Source: Styela clava (lineage: Eukaryota). Taken from it: a stretch of 64,000 bases of DNA. Location of the stretch: contig NC_135263.1 in the NCBI RefSeq assembly GCF_964204865.1, forward strand, positions 5,704,001 through 5,768,000, given 5' to 3'. A program made the translations under genes and the position numbers. Below, one piece after another: positions 26,801 through 41,843 of the stretch. Each line of letters starts with the position of its first letter. The stretch's first letter is position 1. Below the pieces are notes generated by a model. That model was given only the letters and a program-made list of their open reading frames with translations, had not been told where the DNA came from and did not search any database.

Positions 26801-29356
26801 AATTTTTGTTGTAGTAGGAGCAGGAGAGAATGAGGTATTGTGAGAAGATTGACTGGTGTTATCAGGAGAGATAGGAGCTGCAGGTGGAACACTTCCTGGA
26901 GGTTCGGATCTAGTTTCTGCCTCTGCCAGTAATGACTCTTCATACTCCTTCTTGAATCTCTGCATTCGATAAGGTTGTGATTAGGTATTGAATGGGTACA
27001 AACTTATTCTACACCAGTAATGATTAGCTGTAATCGTTCATGTTGATAAAATTATTTGTGTAAATGTGCTTCATAACACAGCCGGATGGCATATATACAG
27101 TATTATTTGGCCTAGTCCAACTCTAAAAGGTATGAATGGTGTTTTACAGTTAATGTTCATGGTAGAGTCGTATATTTCATGAAAAAAGAGACTCCAGCCG
27201 TGACGCAAAGTGCGAATCGTATAAAGAGCGTGGATTTCAAAATCGTCAGTCACATGTGTGAAATTGTTGACGTGACTCAGAGAGGAAATCAATCAATATC
27301 AATCCTTTATAATGACTTATTATTGGTATAGCCTGTATTTTCAGTCATACATATCATCCCTGGCACTGTGATGTTTTGATAAATATGATTTTGACTGCAC
27401 CATACTTGGCAGAGGTATCGAGATTTTTTAAACCTGAAAAAAACGTAAAATTAATGGTAATTTTCACGCGTAGCGGCGCACATTAGAATGTTTATGTCTT
27501 TCTACACGCATTTCCGTCGAAAAAAGTAACATTTTTTGCATTGAGGGGGGCGTGTGCGCTAATAATTTTGGAATTTTGGCGTAAAATTTTTTTTTTTTAG
27601 ATGAGTGCGTTTTACATATATTGCTGAATAGAGCTCTATCACACGCTAATAAAAAGCCATGAGTGAAGCTTTAGGGCCTAATGGTTGACAAAAAAATAAC
27701 CAAAGTAAAATGGCACCAGAACGACCGGCTGGGGAAAATGATGATTTACACAAATACGTATTGGGAAATTGACACAGAAATTTTAATGCTTCCTTTGCAA
27801 TTGCTGTAATCTCTTTGTGGAGCGAAATCTAAAAATATTCCTTTCCATATTTTTGAAGGTAGTAAAAAGTCGGGTTTTACACTATTTTCACTATATTCCA
27901 ACAAAAGCTGAACAACATGTAACGATGGTGCGACAATGGCGTTCTTTTCTTGTTAGTTGCATAACAATGACTAAAGTGACGCAACAACCGAAAATAGTTC
28001 CGTTTTGTCTATTTATTGCACTGTGACTAAACCTATTTAACGAACTAGCCTACTTGTAGTTTTTTGAACGAGACACGGTGGTCCAAGAATATTTATAATG
28101 ACGCATCAACATGCTGAAGCAAGAAATGATTTCCCCTGAAAAAAACAAAACACAGAACCCCTAAGGAACCCTATAAACTCACGGAACCCCACTGCATGTG
28201 TTGCGGAACCCTAGGGTTCCGCAGAACCCCTGTTGATGAGCACTGTTCTAGATATTCATACCAAGATGTCACACAACCTGAAACCTAACCTTGTACATGA
28301 CCTGAGTTCAGGTTGTGCGCCATCTTGGTGTGCATACTTCAGGAGGTCCCTTGTTTCAAATCAATGGGCTTGATTTGATGGTGGAGGAAGTAGTAATCGA
28401 CCAGCAGATGCATGAACCGCACTGCGGCAGTGAGGAATCCAGCAATCCTATCGCTCATAAAGCACAATGCTCGAAACGCCAAACTTTCATTTGCCACAAA
28501 AAGTTAAAGATAAATGATATTCTAATGAACCATGAAATTATGTGTTATATCAAATAACATATAACCTTATATCACAGCTGAAAAAATATTCATAAGATAA
28601 AGTTGACAATCACCTTTTTAATTTTTAAAGTTGTATGTTCATGTTCGTCTGAATTATGTCTTCGTTTTTTCTTTTTCTTTTTGTGAGATTTCTCGTTATC
28701 AATTGTATATTCTCCAGTAAATGATGCGGGAGATCCGGCAGCATAATCAGAATCATAAACACCTTCTCCGCCAAGTTTCAAAACGATCTTTAAATGAGGC
28801 TTCTCCTCATCTGAAAAACAAGAAGAGGAGTTTCAGATAATATTGTGATATACATATCTCCAATTTTGATATTTTTATTCAGCTATTTTTTTCCACTGTG
28901 CAACAAACATCGTACATATGAACGAAAAATATTTAAATGAATCTATGGAAAAAAAATTCGTACAATTTTTTAACAGCAATGGAAGAAGCGTTTGAATAGA
29001 CTATCAAAGTTATCAGGTCAGAGACACCATTTTCCAGCAGAAGATGACGTCAAGCAATTACAAAGGTGGGAGAAAGCATAAGAGGTACTGCGGTTATAAA
29101 AAATAGAATCTTGCTGGTTCAACTGAGCTTACTTACAATATGAGAAGTCATATCAAAGACACTGAGCAGTGTTTACTGTAGAAGATATTTCCCGAAACTG
29201 TTGCCATTAAATATTCCTGACATATTTAAGCCAGTACAACAAAAACAATTATATGAAGACTAACAAATAAAATAATATGATGAGGTAATATTAAATTTTT
29301 TTACTTTCGTCATCATGTCTTCTTTCAGACTTATGCTTCTTGTGTTTCTTTCCCAT
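17807..29356 (-). CDS. BRD7: Bromodomain-containing protein 7/9 (BAF subunit), about 17 coding exons
   Basis: MGKKHKKHKSE start (29305-29356) and KPHLKIVLKLGG (28614-28810). Bromodomain exons at ~25726-25783, ~25108-25253 (KDPHEIFAWPVNDMIAPGYSDFIQQPMDFSTI) and ~24668-24778 (DDFKLMIENCCTYNRPETIFY). Then YLSYGPFGSFSPTYDS (~20878-21014) and VDDLLDTLTHGAH. Last exon (~17807-17932) ends VDGIRKAIGVDMSQVESTS*, a BRD7-type C-terminus. Confidence 0.92.
18005..18214. mobile_element. MITE family B copy in BRD7 intron
   Basis: Closely similar to 23105-23318 and ~20550-20769. Confidence 0.8.
21705..21875 (-). mobile_element. tRNA-derived SINE, 3' part
   Basis: (TAGGA)n tail plus conserved core CCGATAAGAC.GCTTAATCATATGGCAAACCACGGCCTCTCGTCCGGTTACCAGTCCATGTCGGG, shared with 23692, 25831 and others. 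Confidence 0.75.
23105..23318. mobile_element. MITE family B copy in BRD7 intron
   Basis: GGCGCTCCAGAAGTATGTGTACCA ... TGGTACACACACTACAGGAGTGCC termini. Confidence 0.8.
23692..23992 (-). mobile_element. tRNA-derived SINE, near full length
   Basis: Minus-strand head GCGGTGGTTAGTGCATTGTGCTAAGCGTTAGGAATACGC, family core and ATCCTA-type tail. Confidence 0.75.
25831..26085 (-). mobile_element. tRNA-derived SINE, near full length with internal deletion
   Basis: A-box-like head GTGTGGTGCATCGTGCTAAGCG, family core and tandem ATCCTA/AAATCCTA tail. Further degenerate copies lie at ~4296-4520, ~18950-19070, ~22620-22830, ~26440-26660 (opposite orientation), ~28360-28475 and ~34815-35020. Confidence 0.75.
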
Positions 29357-30127
29357 TGTACGATACGTATACTAATTCAGCACTAGAGATAATTTTAACT
29401 AAAAATCATATTTACGGTAAGTTCGAAATAGGAAATAAAATTTAAATAAGTTAATAAAATTCATTGAATAACCAGGTGAATACACAGTATCCAGAATCCA
29501 CTGATGCAGATATTCACTCCAACAAAAGAAGACAGGATTTTAATGAATGTCTACAATGGATGGAAAGAGACTACAGAAAACTAATGTGAATTCAGTCTCT
29601 AATTCGGTTGCAAGCATGGCTGTGGAGTTGCATATATTCATTGATATTAGTTAGATACAAAGCCACAAGTATAATTTCTGATTTCTAATGGTGATAATCG
29701 AAGTGAAAACTTGTAATACAAAGTAATAAAGCATTAGGTTCACTAAGGTAAGTTCTCAAAAGACAATGAAAGAAACCGCTGCCAACAACTCTTGCCAATA
29801 TTTTCGAAATAACACCTGGAGTTCAAGATCTATGAAATAAACACTACGAAGCAATATTTCAATGATCATGTAGTCTGTAATTTACTGGTAAATGCAAATC
29901 GAGTGTCAAGCGATCTTTGGTCTTTTTTATCTACCTGCTAAAGTATAACAGCAATACTCCAGGTAAGGATGTATTAGTGGTTTGTACAAATGAATTATGC
30001 ACTCACACAACACAATCACTAATATATGCCGTTGTTTATATCAACACAATATGCACTGTATTTTATTTTTCAATAATAATTCTGGCAACAGGGTGAGATT
30101 TCCTTTTAAGTCATGCTCAATCTCTAT

Positions 30128-30475
30128 TTAAGATTTCCATAAATGTTTGTATTCATCAACATCAAATTCTTCAGTTTTGGTTTTTGTCTCCACTTCCTCA
30201 ACTATATTTTGTCGAGCCAGCCAAAGTTTTCTACGTTCCACATCACTAAGTGGAGCAATGTCTATTGGCATTTTTATCATTCGCATTGGTTCAGGATACC
30301 GAATTGTGTACGTAGATCCATCCTGTTTTACAACCGTTGTTTTGTACATCCCAGGATATGTTGATCGTTTTTGTTTACTGGCGATACATTTGTTCGAGTT
30401 TTGCCTAATGTTGACACAACTGCATTTTATTAATTTATTTTGAAGAGGAAATAATTTTTGAATTAAATTACTCAT
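30128..30475 (-). CDS. MRPL55: Mitochondrial ribosomal protein L55 (bL31m), intronless, 115 aa
   Basis: YKTTVVKQDGSTYTIRYPEPMRMIKMPID.APLSDVERR matches the MRPL55 core (VKQDGST.IRY.EP..M..MPID). Acceptor TTTTACAG lies 8 nt upstream of the ATG; AATAAA at 30062-30067. Confidence 0.92.
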   Translation of the reverse strand: MSNLIQKLFPLQNKLIKCSCVNIRQNSNKCIASKQKRSTYPGMYKTTVVKQDGSTYTIRYPEPMRMIKMPIDIAPLSDVERRKLWLARQNIVEEVETKTKTEEFDVDEYKHLWKS

Positions 30476-31844
30476 TTTAATTCTGTAAAAATATCAAGAA
30501 AACCTGAATAACAAACACACATATACAGAAACATCAAAACCGAATAAAACCTAGAAAAATACATCAAGCGACAAAAAAGTACAGCTCTTAATAAATCCTC
30601 ACAGTGGATCCAAATGTTCAGTCATCCAAGAATTTTGTATAATAATAGGCAGGGTTAGAAATGAACTGAAAATGTAAAAGACAATGAGGGATCTTGTTGA
30701 TGACACCTGAATGGGGATCATCTTAGATTAGTTGATGAAATGATTTATTAATTTTACAAATAGTTCAAATTCAAGAAGTTCAAGTGTCATGCCAACTACC
30801 TCACCAACACGCACGGAGGCCCAGTGATGACTATTGGACATATTAGAGGCTGATTTTCCATATCCATGTTTGTAACAAAGATGTAAAACGCCTATCTGCA
30901 TATGCATCTGTCTCATTAATAAAAGCACATAAATATATATAAATGTGTAACGACTTTCTAATCTTTTCCCTTCACTATAAAATGTAAAAATCTTGGGTAT
31001 ACATGATTCTATAATAAAACGATATTAAACACAATACGTGATCTAATCCAATTTACAATCCCAAAACAAGAAAAATAAAAATCCATGCTGACATAAATAT
31101 CTAAGCTTTCATATTACAAAAATGAGTTCCAGTAAAATTAAAATGAAACGAAACCAAACTGCATTAAATGAAATAATCGTTATAAAACAACAACAGTATA
31201 TGGCTATATGTTTTCCAGTCAAAAATAAACCTTTACTAAAATTCAGGCAAATTTCACCTTCTAATATAAATACATTTGTAAACACTAAACAGTGATATGA
31301 ATAATAGTACAGACTTCGAATGAACATAGGATGAAAGAGTATAATACATGTTCATTTTATTCGGTAATGAATTTCGAACTTATTCAAAATAATTGTGATA
31401 ATTTTTGTGAAATTTACCAATTCACTGGTAATTACTAATATTTTTTCACCCAATAACATTCACCAACATTTACGCAAATCTGTCACAACTCACAAGGTTA
31501 GTTACTAGTAACTCTTCTATCAATACTCTCTGTTTGAGACCCATACTCTGATCAAATTTGCGAGTTCAAACCAAACTTAAAAACTCAAAATATACTTTTC
31601 AAGAATTCAGATGATCTTAATGATTTTGTTCAAAAATTTTCTGTTTCACAGTGCTACAAAATAGATCCTTGTGGGTTTTTAGAAATCGAAAAATCACATT
31701 CTAGAATTCAAAAACTTTGACATGGACATGGCTATTGAAAAGCGAATATTTGGCAATATTTACAGCAATAATGCATAGATTAAATAATGTTTTATCAAAT
31801 TAATTACATCATAATTCTAATCTTTCAAATTCGAAAAAAAAAAA

Positions 31845-33110
31845 TCACATTTTCAACTTTCTTTCTCTATATAAGTAGGAATCATAGTAAAAAACTGCAA
31901 TAGACAATGAACCGAGAAATATAGAAAAAGCATTTGGAGCTGAGAAAGATAATTCTTGTAGAATGCCATTAGCCAGAGGCGCTCCAAACCTGGCCACGGA
32001 TAACACTGATGATCCAAGGCCTTGTATGTGTCCAATGTCACAACTTTCTGAATATTTCACAGTCAAAACCACACCACAAACTCGAAGTACTGAGGTACCC
32101 ATAGTAAGGGTTGTCATGGCTACTAGAATCACAGATATTTTCGAAGAAATTAAAAATAGAATAAAAGATAGCAAAACTAAACAACTTGCATGCATTTGCA
32201 ATTTCTCTTCATGGCCTTTGTAATATGCTAAATTCGACACAGTGCCAACTAAAAACCCAAAAAATAACCCAAGAAACCCATTATACGAGACAATATATCC
32301 AACTGTAGTTGAGGCTAAATCAGGGTGATAATGGGTTAACCATAAAACAAACGTTGAACGAAACATCAAAACTGGCAAGGCAAGCAAAAAACGAGAAGCA
32401 AAAACCCCTCTCTGGAAGCGTTTGAGGTCATCAGTTATATTTTCTACATTTGCTGTGTTTTCGGTAACACCGTTTTCGTGATTAAATCCATTTTTGTGTG
32501 ATTTTTCTGTTGGCATGGGTTTATATAACTCATGATTTGGATAAAATCTTAAAATTGACACAACTAAAAAATTTAGTAAAAAAAGAGAAGCACAAATCAT
32601 ATAACTAATGTAGAGTCCATAAGTATGGCCAAAATTCGCAACCAAATGTCCATGAACAGTGGGTCCAATAATAAATCCAATGCTTGCAATTGCATTAAAA
32701 CTTCCTATTGCCTGATTTTTGTTATGACCGGACTCTTCAATTAAGCAACATCTGCATAAATCTTGTGTGTGCTTAAAAATACCAGGAATTATCCTTAGCA
32801 ATGCCAAGCTGACCAATGATGAAACAAAAAATCCAGAAAAGAGATATCCAGTAGAAGAAATTATTAGGCAAGCTGAAATGGCATTTAAACGTCCTCTGGA
32901 ATCGCTCCATTTTCCAACCAAAGGACTTGAAAACAATTGTAGTGCTCCATAAATAGATGTTATGGCCCCTGTCAGGGTCGAAGAAGCTCCAAACGATTTT
33001 ATATGAACGGGAAACGCTGGAACGACGAGACTTACGGCAAGCATGTCTAAAAATCCAATCAAATATAGAAGGAAATGCCGAGCCTGTAGGTTTCTATTTT
33101 TCTTCGTCAT
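31845..33110 (-). CDS. MFSD9: MFS transporter MFSD9, intronless, 421 aa
   Basis: LYLIGFLDMLAVSLVVP...YGALQLFSSPLVGKWSDSRGR (MFS motif A), GIFKHT, FNAIASIGFIIGP; about 12 hydrophobic segments. Confidence 0.9.
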   Translation of the reverse strand: MTKKNRNLQARHFLLYLIGFLDMLAVSLVVPAFPVHIKSFGASSTLTGAITSIYGALQLFSSPLVGKWSDSRGRLNAISACLIISSTGYLFSGFFVSSLVSLALLRIIPGIFKHTQDLCRCCLIEESGHNKNQAIGSFNAIASIGFIIGPTVHGHLVANFGHTYGLYISYMICASLFLLNFLVVSILRFYPNHELYKPMPTEKSHKNGFNHENGVTENTANVENITDDLKRFQRGVFASRFLLALPVLMFRSTFVLWLTHYHPDLASTTVGYIVSYNGFLGLFFGFLVGTVSNLAYYKGHEEKLQMHASCLVLLSFILFLISSKISVILVAMTTLTMGTSVLRVCGVVLTVKYSESCDIGHIQGLGSSVLSVARFGAPLANGILQELSFSAPNAFSIFLGSLSIAVFYYDSYLYRERKLKM

Positions 33111-33502
33111 AATACAGTAATATTATGGTATGTCTTGGTCTTAAATAATCTCTTATCTCGACAGTGCAATAATCTAACATGAAAACATCAGGAAGCATGC
33201 CGAAACTAATCTTCAATTGCTAAGGAAGAGAATACGACAGTTACCTACTTTCCAGCATAACGCATTAGTGCGCCATATGGATGTTTCAAAAAACGAAAAT
33301 GTTCATATCTACGCAAGTTGGCGCAAGGCATCAATAAAAAAATGCACGCGATTTGACTGAATTTTCGAACCAAATGCTTACGGCCGTAGTTTGGTTTGGG
33401 ATTATTTAATTCTTTTTGTGAATAATTTTCTAACTGCAGAACCATCGTTCCATAGGTGTGAAATTATATGGAGGCCATGTTATAGTGTTACGCAACGACG
33501 GT

Positions 33503-33527
33503 TATATATATATATATATATATATAT
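33503..33527. repeat. (TA)n microsatellite in the MFSD9/MED22 divergent interval
   Basis: Directly visible TA run. Confidence 0.9.
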
Positions 33528-34262
33528 GCTGATATATCCGATGTCAGATCTTCACTTTTGTTAGATTACCGTGCAAGATTAAAGATTATACAATACAATT
33601 TTATTTTGATCTTTCGTCTACAACGTGATAACACAGAACGCAAAATAAAAGCACAGACAAGGGCGACGAAAAGATCGGGAAAATGGACAAAACCTCGAGA
33701 AAGGTTTATAGCAAACGCTGCAAGCGTTTGTGCCCATTTACCCTCACTCACACAGATTCATTCAAATAGCTCATAAGTCTGTAAGTGAGCGTGTGCTTTG
33801 TTCACGACGGGGATATCGCTCATGTCAGCGTGTGTACTCCTCAAAATCCTTACAGAGTTGAAGAAGTCATTTAATGCAGCAATGCCTGTTTTCCCCATTT
33901 TGCCATCAATATTGGGATGCTTTGTGGAAGATTGAATCAATCTTATTTAGGTACCTATTGCAGTATTGTTCTGCGAATTAACTTCCTGAATCAGTAAATA
34001 CACATACAGACACACATAGCTGACATAGAGCTATTGATCACCTCCAGACCTTACAGAATGTTTAAGAAATACGGTATGTTAAACTTCTCCACTACTACAA
34101 AAAAGCAAAATGTTAACATTACAGAATTATGTTCCTTGTGTGGACTTGATAGTGTTTAATTTTTTTTAAGATGCTGCTTGAGTACAATGTAAAATCATGT
34201 CTATAAATTTGATTTCTTTTTCTCAACTTTTAGCCCATAACGTAAAATTAGGATATAAAACA

Positions 34263-34742
34263 ATGGCAGGAAATCCAGCTAGATCTGCACAACTCTCTCA
34301 TACAACGCAAAATCTACTAAAATCATACAAAAGCAGATTACAGGATGACATCCGAACCATGTATGAGAACTTCAACGAAATTATACGATCTGCAAAAATA
34401 GCAACAGATGAAAAACAACTCGTACAAAAAGAATCGCAAGGCTATTTTGACGTTTACCAAATGAAAGTACGAGCTGCAAATATTGTTCGCGCAGGAGAAT
34501 CATTACTAAAACTCATATCAGATCTCAAAACTTTTGTCATTTTGAACGATTTCCCAAGTATAAATGAACAATTAAATCAACAGAATCAAGCATTGAAAAA
34601 CACTGGTGATCTTTTACAACAGAAGATTATTGAAATGAGAGATGAATTTTCTTCTGCTATGATAGATCTTGAAAATGAATATTATAATTCATTAAGAATT
34701 CCAGTTCGTAAGCCCACAAATCACAGCTCTTCTATGCAATGA
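34263..34742 (+). CDS. MED22: Mediator subunit 22 (Surf5), single coding exon, 159 aa
   Basis: LLKSYKSRLQDDI..ENFNEII..AKI...YQMKVRAANIVRAGESLLKLISDLKTFVILNDFPSINE...LENEYY. Start placed at 34263, after the acceptor TTTTAG (34232-34233). Confidence 0.93.
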   Translation: MAGNPARSAQLSHTTQNLLKSYKSRLQDDIRTMYENFNEIIRSAKIATDEKQLVQKESQGYFDVYQMKVRAANIVRAGESLLKLISDLKTFVILNDFPSINEQLNQQNQALKNTGDLLQQKIIEMRDEFSSAMIDLENEYYNSLRIPVRKPTNHSSSMQ

Positions 34743-35352
34743 TTTTGAATACAAGATTTCGATTTCAATACCCATTTGAGACCTCATCCTAGAAAGGGAA
34801 ATTTTATATCTGTCTTAGGATAGGGTAAGCTGATGAGGCAGCTCAATCATATAGGAAATCACAGCCTCTTGTGTTATATACATGCCTAGGTTAAATATGA
34901 GAAACTAATACATCGTTTCAAATACCAAGATGGTGGAGGAAGTTGCAATCCAGCATTATGTAAACAACTTTGCAGCAGTCAGGGTGACCAGCAATCTTCT
35001 CACATAATTATCCCGACAGGATTAAATATTAACACTTTCATCCCATATAGTGCCATCTTATCTCTGAAATATTTAAATTTCTTGCATGTTCATTCTTACA
35101 GTGCCTCTGTTAATTTTTTGTTAATTGAGTTATGAATGATAACTGACTTTTATTCATATTTCTACTTGAATCAAATGAATTGCCTTTGTATTGAGAGACT
35201 CCGAGTTGAGGTTCTTAACATAGTTCAAACCATAGTGTAAGTTTTATTTCTGGATTATTATGTATGTTTCTTTTTTGTTCATTATTGATTTGATTTTTGT
35301 ATGAGTTACGGTATATTTTTATTTTTGGGAAAACTTGTTTTTCATACTGGTG

Positions 35353-35403
35353 GGACGACCGGGTCTTAGACTTCGCCTTCGATTTGCCGCCTTTACCTCT
35401 TCC
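35353..35403 (-). pseudogene. Isolated 51-bp fragment encoding a histone H2A N-terminal tail
   Basis: GC-rich island translating GRGKGGKSKAKSKTRSS (H2A consensus SGRGKGGKxKxKxKTRSSRAGLQF). No ATG and no continuation into the histone fold. Confidence 0.7.
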
Positions 35404-35834
35404 AAAGCTGTTCTGTGTATATTCTGATTTTGAACCATTCAAAATAAATTGACTTAGTAGCAAAATTTGGTATCATGCTCTCCTCAAAATTTTCTGACCT
35501 GTTTCTCAGGTTAGAATAATTCAAAACTTAGGACAATTAACCTGGGATAAACAGAATCAAACAAAGAAATAAATGTAATGGTGAAGAAATAACGTAGTAG
35601 CACCATAAATTTGAATATAAAAACATTGGCTTTGGAGAGCATTTTCATTTAAATTTGAAAATTATGACTCCGTTGAAATTCACAATAAGACTCCCTATTC
35701 GTAAAACAGCAAAAACACTAGGCCCTAACTCCACAGCCCTGCTTTGTTATCTAGAGTACTAGTGCTTAATACAAACTTATCAGGCAATTTTTCTATTTTT
35801 TTTTAATTCCATTTCTCACAGACTTTATAACAAA

Positions 35835-39966
<4,132 letters not shown>

Positions 39967-40734
39967 TAGATATTTTGTTTTATCACTGCCATGGTACATA
40001 CAACTAACTGCACTCTGACGAAAATTCAGTAAAGTTAGAAAACGTCCAATTAGGGTGTGCTGTCTCATTTTGTGAACTTGCATGGAAGTGAAAAAACATG
40101 GAGCTATTCTCAAATTAGGCTTGAAGGATTATGTGAGTATGGTGATTACGCATGCCTGTGTCATACACACAGGATCAATGGAAATACAAATGATACAGTA
40201 TCAACTCTGTACCATACTGTTTTACTCTTAACTAAACCCAAACAAACTGTAAAATAGCAACCATATTCAAAATAAAATAAGAAGGCAGCTGCATAATCGA
40301 TGAGCCATTAGGACGGCATGTTAGTAATCGAGGTTAGGTATACTCTATGCCAGTGTTTTTCAAACTTTTTCCATCACAGCTTACTAGACGCAGCCAAATT
40401 CTTTCGCGACCTTCAGGAACTAAAATAAACCTTCATATATGGTTTATGGAAGAATGAATGATTGGGCTTCGTCCTTACCGTATTGCCACTGAGTTCAGTT
40501 AGCGTTAGCTTTTCAATATTTGTATCGTTTGGTGAGATATGATGGTTTGATTTCAACCACTAAAAGTTGTTAAAAATTGACAATTATCAAATACATGTTT
40601 ACAGAATGGAACCTAGCTTTATTTATTCTATGAAATTCAGTATTGAATTAATTAATATCATTTGGTGTACTGAAAAATGCAAAAGTTTAATTCCTGTTAA
40701 TCAGAAGAAAAAACTTTAAGGTAAGAAATAATAT

Positions 40735-41154
40735 CTTCGTCTAATAAGTCCGGCTGGCGAACAAAAACAACGAAATAATTTTCATAATTGGTCAGAAACA
40801 CCGGGCGTCCATTGGCTAAAAATTCATTTGTTGAAAACGAATACTGATTGTTTTAGGCCGAAGATTTAATAATAATGATACAATATTAAAAAATTATATA
40901 AACAAAAAAACGTTTAGGTACCTATATCCAACAATTTTTTGTCATGAAGTCCATTCATTTCACGTAAAATTGATCTATTATTATTGATATATATTTGAAA
41001 TAACGATGTACACCTGAAACGTAATTTATAAAAAATTTACCTTGTGAGCGTCAATTTTCATTCTCACTTGAGGGTAGCATTTCTGTAATTTCGATGCAGT
41101 CGTTAATAAAGCACTTGATGCCAATAGCACAAGAAAGTACAAACTTAAAACCAT
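40735..41154 (-). pseudogene. Truncated lipocalin paralogue (exon 1, part of exon 4, decayed exon 5)
   Basis: Exon 1 (41041-41154, MVLSLYFLVLLASSALLTTASKLQKCYPQVRMKIDAHK) is intact. Exons 2-3 are missing. Exon 4 remnant lies at ~40922-40970. The exon 5 remnant (~40735-40828) has its acceptor AG changed to AA and has lost the donor and the Cys. About 370 bp of upstream DNA is also homologous to 44120-44510. Confidence 0.85.
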
Positions 41155-41843
41155 ATTGGTATAAAATCTTCTTCGTACTGGTACTTTGTACACTTTTATT
41201 CTGTAGTGGTATAAGTGAGAATCAGCGCTTCCTATTTTTCTACGCCTCACTTAACATCTAAAATAAGTTAATTGACTTTGGAAAATACATAATTTCCTGT
41301 TTTCATATCTTTACGAACACTAATACCTAATTCAACTAGATCGGCTATAAACTTCGAAGAAATGATAAAACGAACAAAACACGCTCATACGCATCGTGCC
41401 TACTCACACAGCTAGGATGCAAATGCAGAGTTCATTGACTTTAGTGTCTGAGGTGCTCCAATACGTAATTCTTTGTGGTACAATATCTTCGGAAGTGGTG
41501 CCTAAGAGGCATGGTTTCATGTTTTCTCGTGGCCTAACCTGGTACACGCCCTACTAGGGGGCCGAATAAGCTATTGGGAGATCTAATTCTTTTTCAGTGT
41601 AATTTGAAATTATCGTGGGTCTTTGTAATTATCTTCTTCTTTTTTTAACTTACTAATGTTTTAATCATCTTGCCTACTTTCGTACTATTAAAGAATGTGG
41701 TGATAATTAACAAAATTTCTTGTGAATCTGTTAGTTTATTGATATATGGATTGGTACTAGTAAAAATTGAACCCCGTTTTTAATGTAATTAAGTTGGATC
41801 TGCAAAAACTCAAAAGTTTCGTCTCCATATTGTTATGTTTTAT

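Noticed and set aside
28155-28245. GGAACCC repeats ending in a CACTG hAT-like end
   Set aside because: Probably a Charlie right end, but I could not find a matching left end or TSD, so it is not delimited as a feature.
28975-29965. Coding-looking + strand stretches antisense to BRD7 intron 1 and its upstream region
   Set aside because: Frequent stops in all frames and no recognisable family; cannot support a gene or pseudogene call.
34826-34870. CTGATGA...GAAA hammerhead-like core
   Set aside because: Falls in a degenerate SINE copy where other copies read CCGATAAGA; the required stems are not evident.
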